From Utricularia gibba (lineage: Eukaryota; Plantae; Magnoliophyta): a DNA stretch of 25,568 bases. Positions 24,001-25,568 of this stretch are shown piece after piece. The stretch covers positions 1 to 25,568 of the forward strand of contig NEEC01000477.1 in NCBI GenBank assembly GCA_002189035.1, given 5' to 3'. The notes beneath the pieces were generated by a model. That model ran no database searches. It was not told where the DNA came from and saw nothing but the letters and a program-made list of their open reading frames with translations. A program made the translations under genes and the position numbers. Positions within the stretch are counted from its first letter, which is position 1; each line of letters starts with the position of its first letter.

Positions 24001-25568
24001 TTTTCAAGGAACAACTTCTCGTTTGTGTCGGCCACTCTCACTGGGCACTTGGTCCGGCGCTGCGTTCGGTCCGGCTCATGAGCCCAACCGGGTGCGAGTC
24101 GACGAAAATAATGATGCATTTGTTTAAAGTAAGATGTCACGTGCACCCCACATGATTTTTTCAACAACTTACTTTATACTTGAGGAGGCGGTCTGGGGGG
24201 CACCTAGAACGGGACAAAGGTCAGTTGGGTTAGGGCCGAAAGTTAGTTGTAGCCTGGCAACTAAAGATGCACTTATTAACGTTCGGTTTTCAGGGGCTTC
24301 TACAAGGTTTTTCAAGGAACAACTTCTCGTTTTGTGTCGGCCACTCCACTGGGCACTTGGTCCGGCGCTGCGTTCGGTCCGGCTCATGAGCCCAACCGGG
24401 TGCGAGTCGACGAAAATAATGATGCATTTGTTTAAAGTAAGATGTCACGTGCACCCCACATGATTTTTCAACAACTTACTTTATACTTGAGGAGGCGGTC
24501 TTGGGGGCACCTAGAACGGGACAAAGGTCAGGTTGGGTTAGGGCCGAAAGTTAGTTGTAGCCTGGCAACTAAAGCGATGCACTTATTAACGTTCGGTTTT
24601 CAGGGGCTTCCTACAAGGTTTTTCAAGGAACAACTTCTCGTTTTGTGTCGGCCACTCTCACTGGGCACTTGGTCGGCGCTGCGTTCGGTCCGGCTCATGA
24701 GCCCAACCGGGTGCGAGTCGACGAAAATAATGATGCATTTGTTTAAAGTAAGATGTCACGTGCACCCCACATGATTTTTTCAACAACTTACTTTATACTT
24801 GAGGAGGCGGTCTTGGGGCACCTAGAACGGGACAAAGGTCAGGTTGGGTTAGGGCCGAAAGTTAGTTGTAGCCTGGCAACTAAAGATGCACTTATTAACG
24901 TTCGGTTTTCAGGGGCTTCCTACAAGGTTTTTTCAAGGAACAACTTCTCGTTTTGTGTCGGCCACTCTCACTGGGCACTTGGTCCGGCGCTGCGTTCGGT
25001 CCGGCTCATGAGCCCAACCGGGTGCGAGTCGACGAAAATAATGATGCATTTGTTTAAAGTAAGATGTCACGTGCACCCACATGATTTTTTCAACAACTTA
25101 CTTTATACTTGAGGAGGCGGTCTTGGGGGCACCTAGAACGGGACAAAGGTCAGTTGGTTAGGGCCGAAAGTTAGTTGTAGCCTGGCAACTAAAGATGCAC
25201 TTATTAACGTTCGGTTTTCAGGGGCTTCCTACAAGTTTTTCAAGGAACAACTTCTCGTTTTGTGTCGGCCACTCTCACTGGGCACTTGGTCCGGCGCTGC
25301 GTTCGGTCCGGCTCATGAGCCCAACCGGTGCGAGTCGACGAAATAATGATGCATTTGTTTAAAGTAAGATGTCACGTGCACCCCACATGATTTTTTCAAC
25401 AACTTACTTTATACTTGAGGAGGCGGTCTTGGGGGGCACCTAGAACGGGACAAAGGTCAGGTTGGGTTAGGGCCGAAAGTTAGTTGTAGCCTGGCAACTA
25501 AAGCGATGCACTTATTAACGTTCGGTTTTCAGGGGCTTCCTACAAGGTTTTTCAAGGAACAACTTCTC

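Larger units (their letters stand above)
1..25568. repeat. Head-to-tail tandem array of a 314-bp unit, about 85 copies, running off both ends of the window
   Basis: GTCGAC recurs 84 times from 45 to 25334, all in one orientation. Spacings are 250-314 except one of 321 that hides a compressed extra copy. The same motif order recurs in every copy. Confidence 0.99.

Noticed and set aside
388-25112. All ORFs in the six-frame track (MSRAPH..., MRRRSW..., MHLLTF..., MLKKSC...)
   Set aside because: They are the same few peptide blocks reshuffled by copy-specific indels. The 314-bp unit is not a multiple of 3, the longest ATG-initiated consensus ORF I traced is 56 aa (20874-21044), and I recognise no domain.
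1-25568. CRISPR array or other repeat-spacer system
   Set aside because: There are no unique spacers. The entire unit repeats and no cas or other gene is present.

Overview
The whole window is one head-to-tail tandem array of a 314-bp unit (about 50% GC, counted by hand), with no unique flanking sequence, no credible gene, no RNA gene and no CRISPR array. I located 84 intact GTCGAC anchors (45, 352, 643 ... 25028, 25334) plus one degraded anchor near 10157, giving about 85 copies. The cleanest full copy is 20701-21014. Copies differ almost only by deletions (anchor spacing 250-314, mean about 305) and I saw no recurrent substitutions, which looks like nanopore-type error on an essentially invariant unit. 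All ORFs in the supplied track are frameshift variants of the same non-coding unit. The main hidden structure is that the 314-mer is a diverged dimer of two ~157-bp sub-units. That is the nucleosome-sized monomer length typical of plant centromeric satellites, and one half shows a collinear resemblance, from memory and unverified, to maize CentC. Best reading: a eukaryotic, possibly grass-type, satellite with a 2-mer higher-order repeat, seen either as a very homogeneous genomic array or as a rolling-circle concatemer of one 314-bp circle. I cannot tell these apart from sequence alone, and I found no support for a new protein-coding system.
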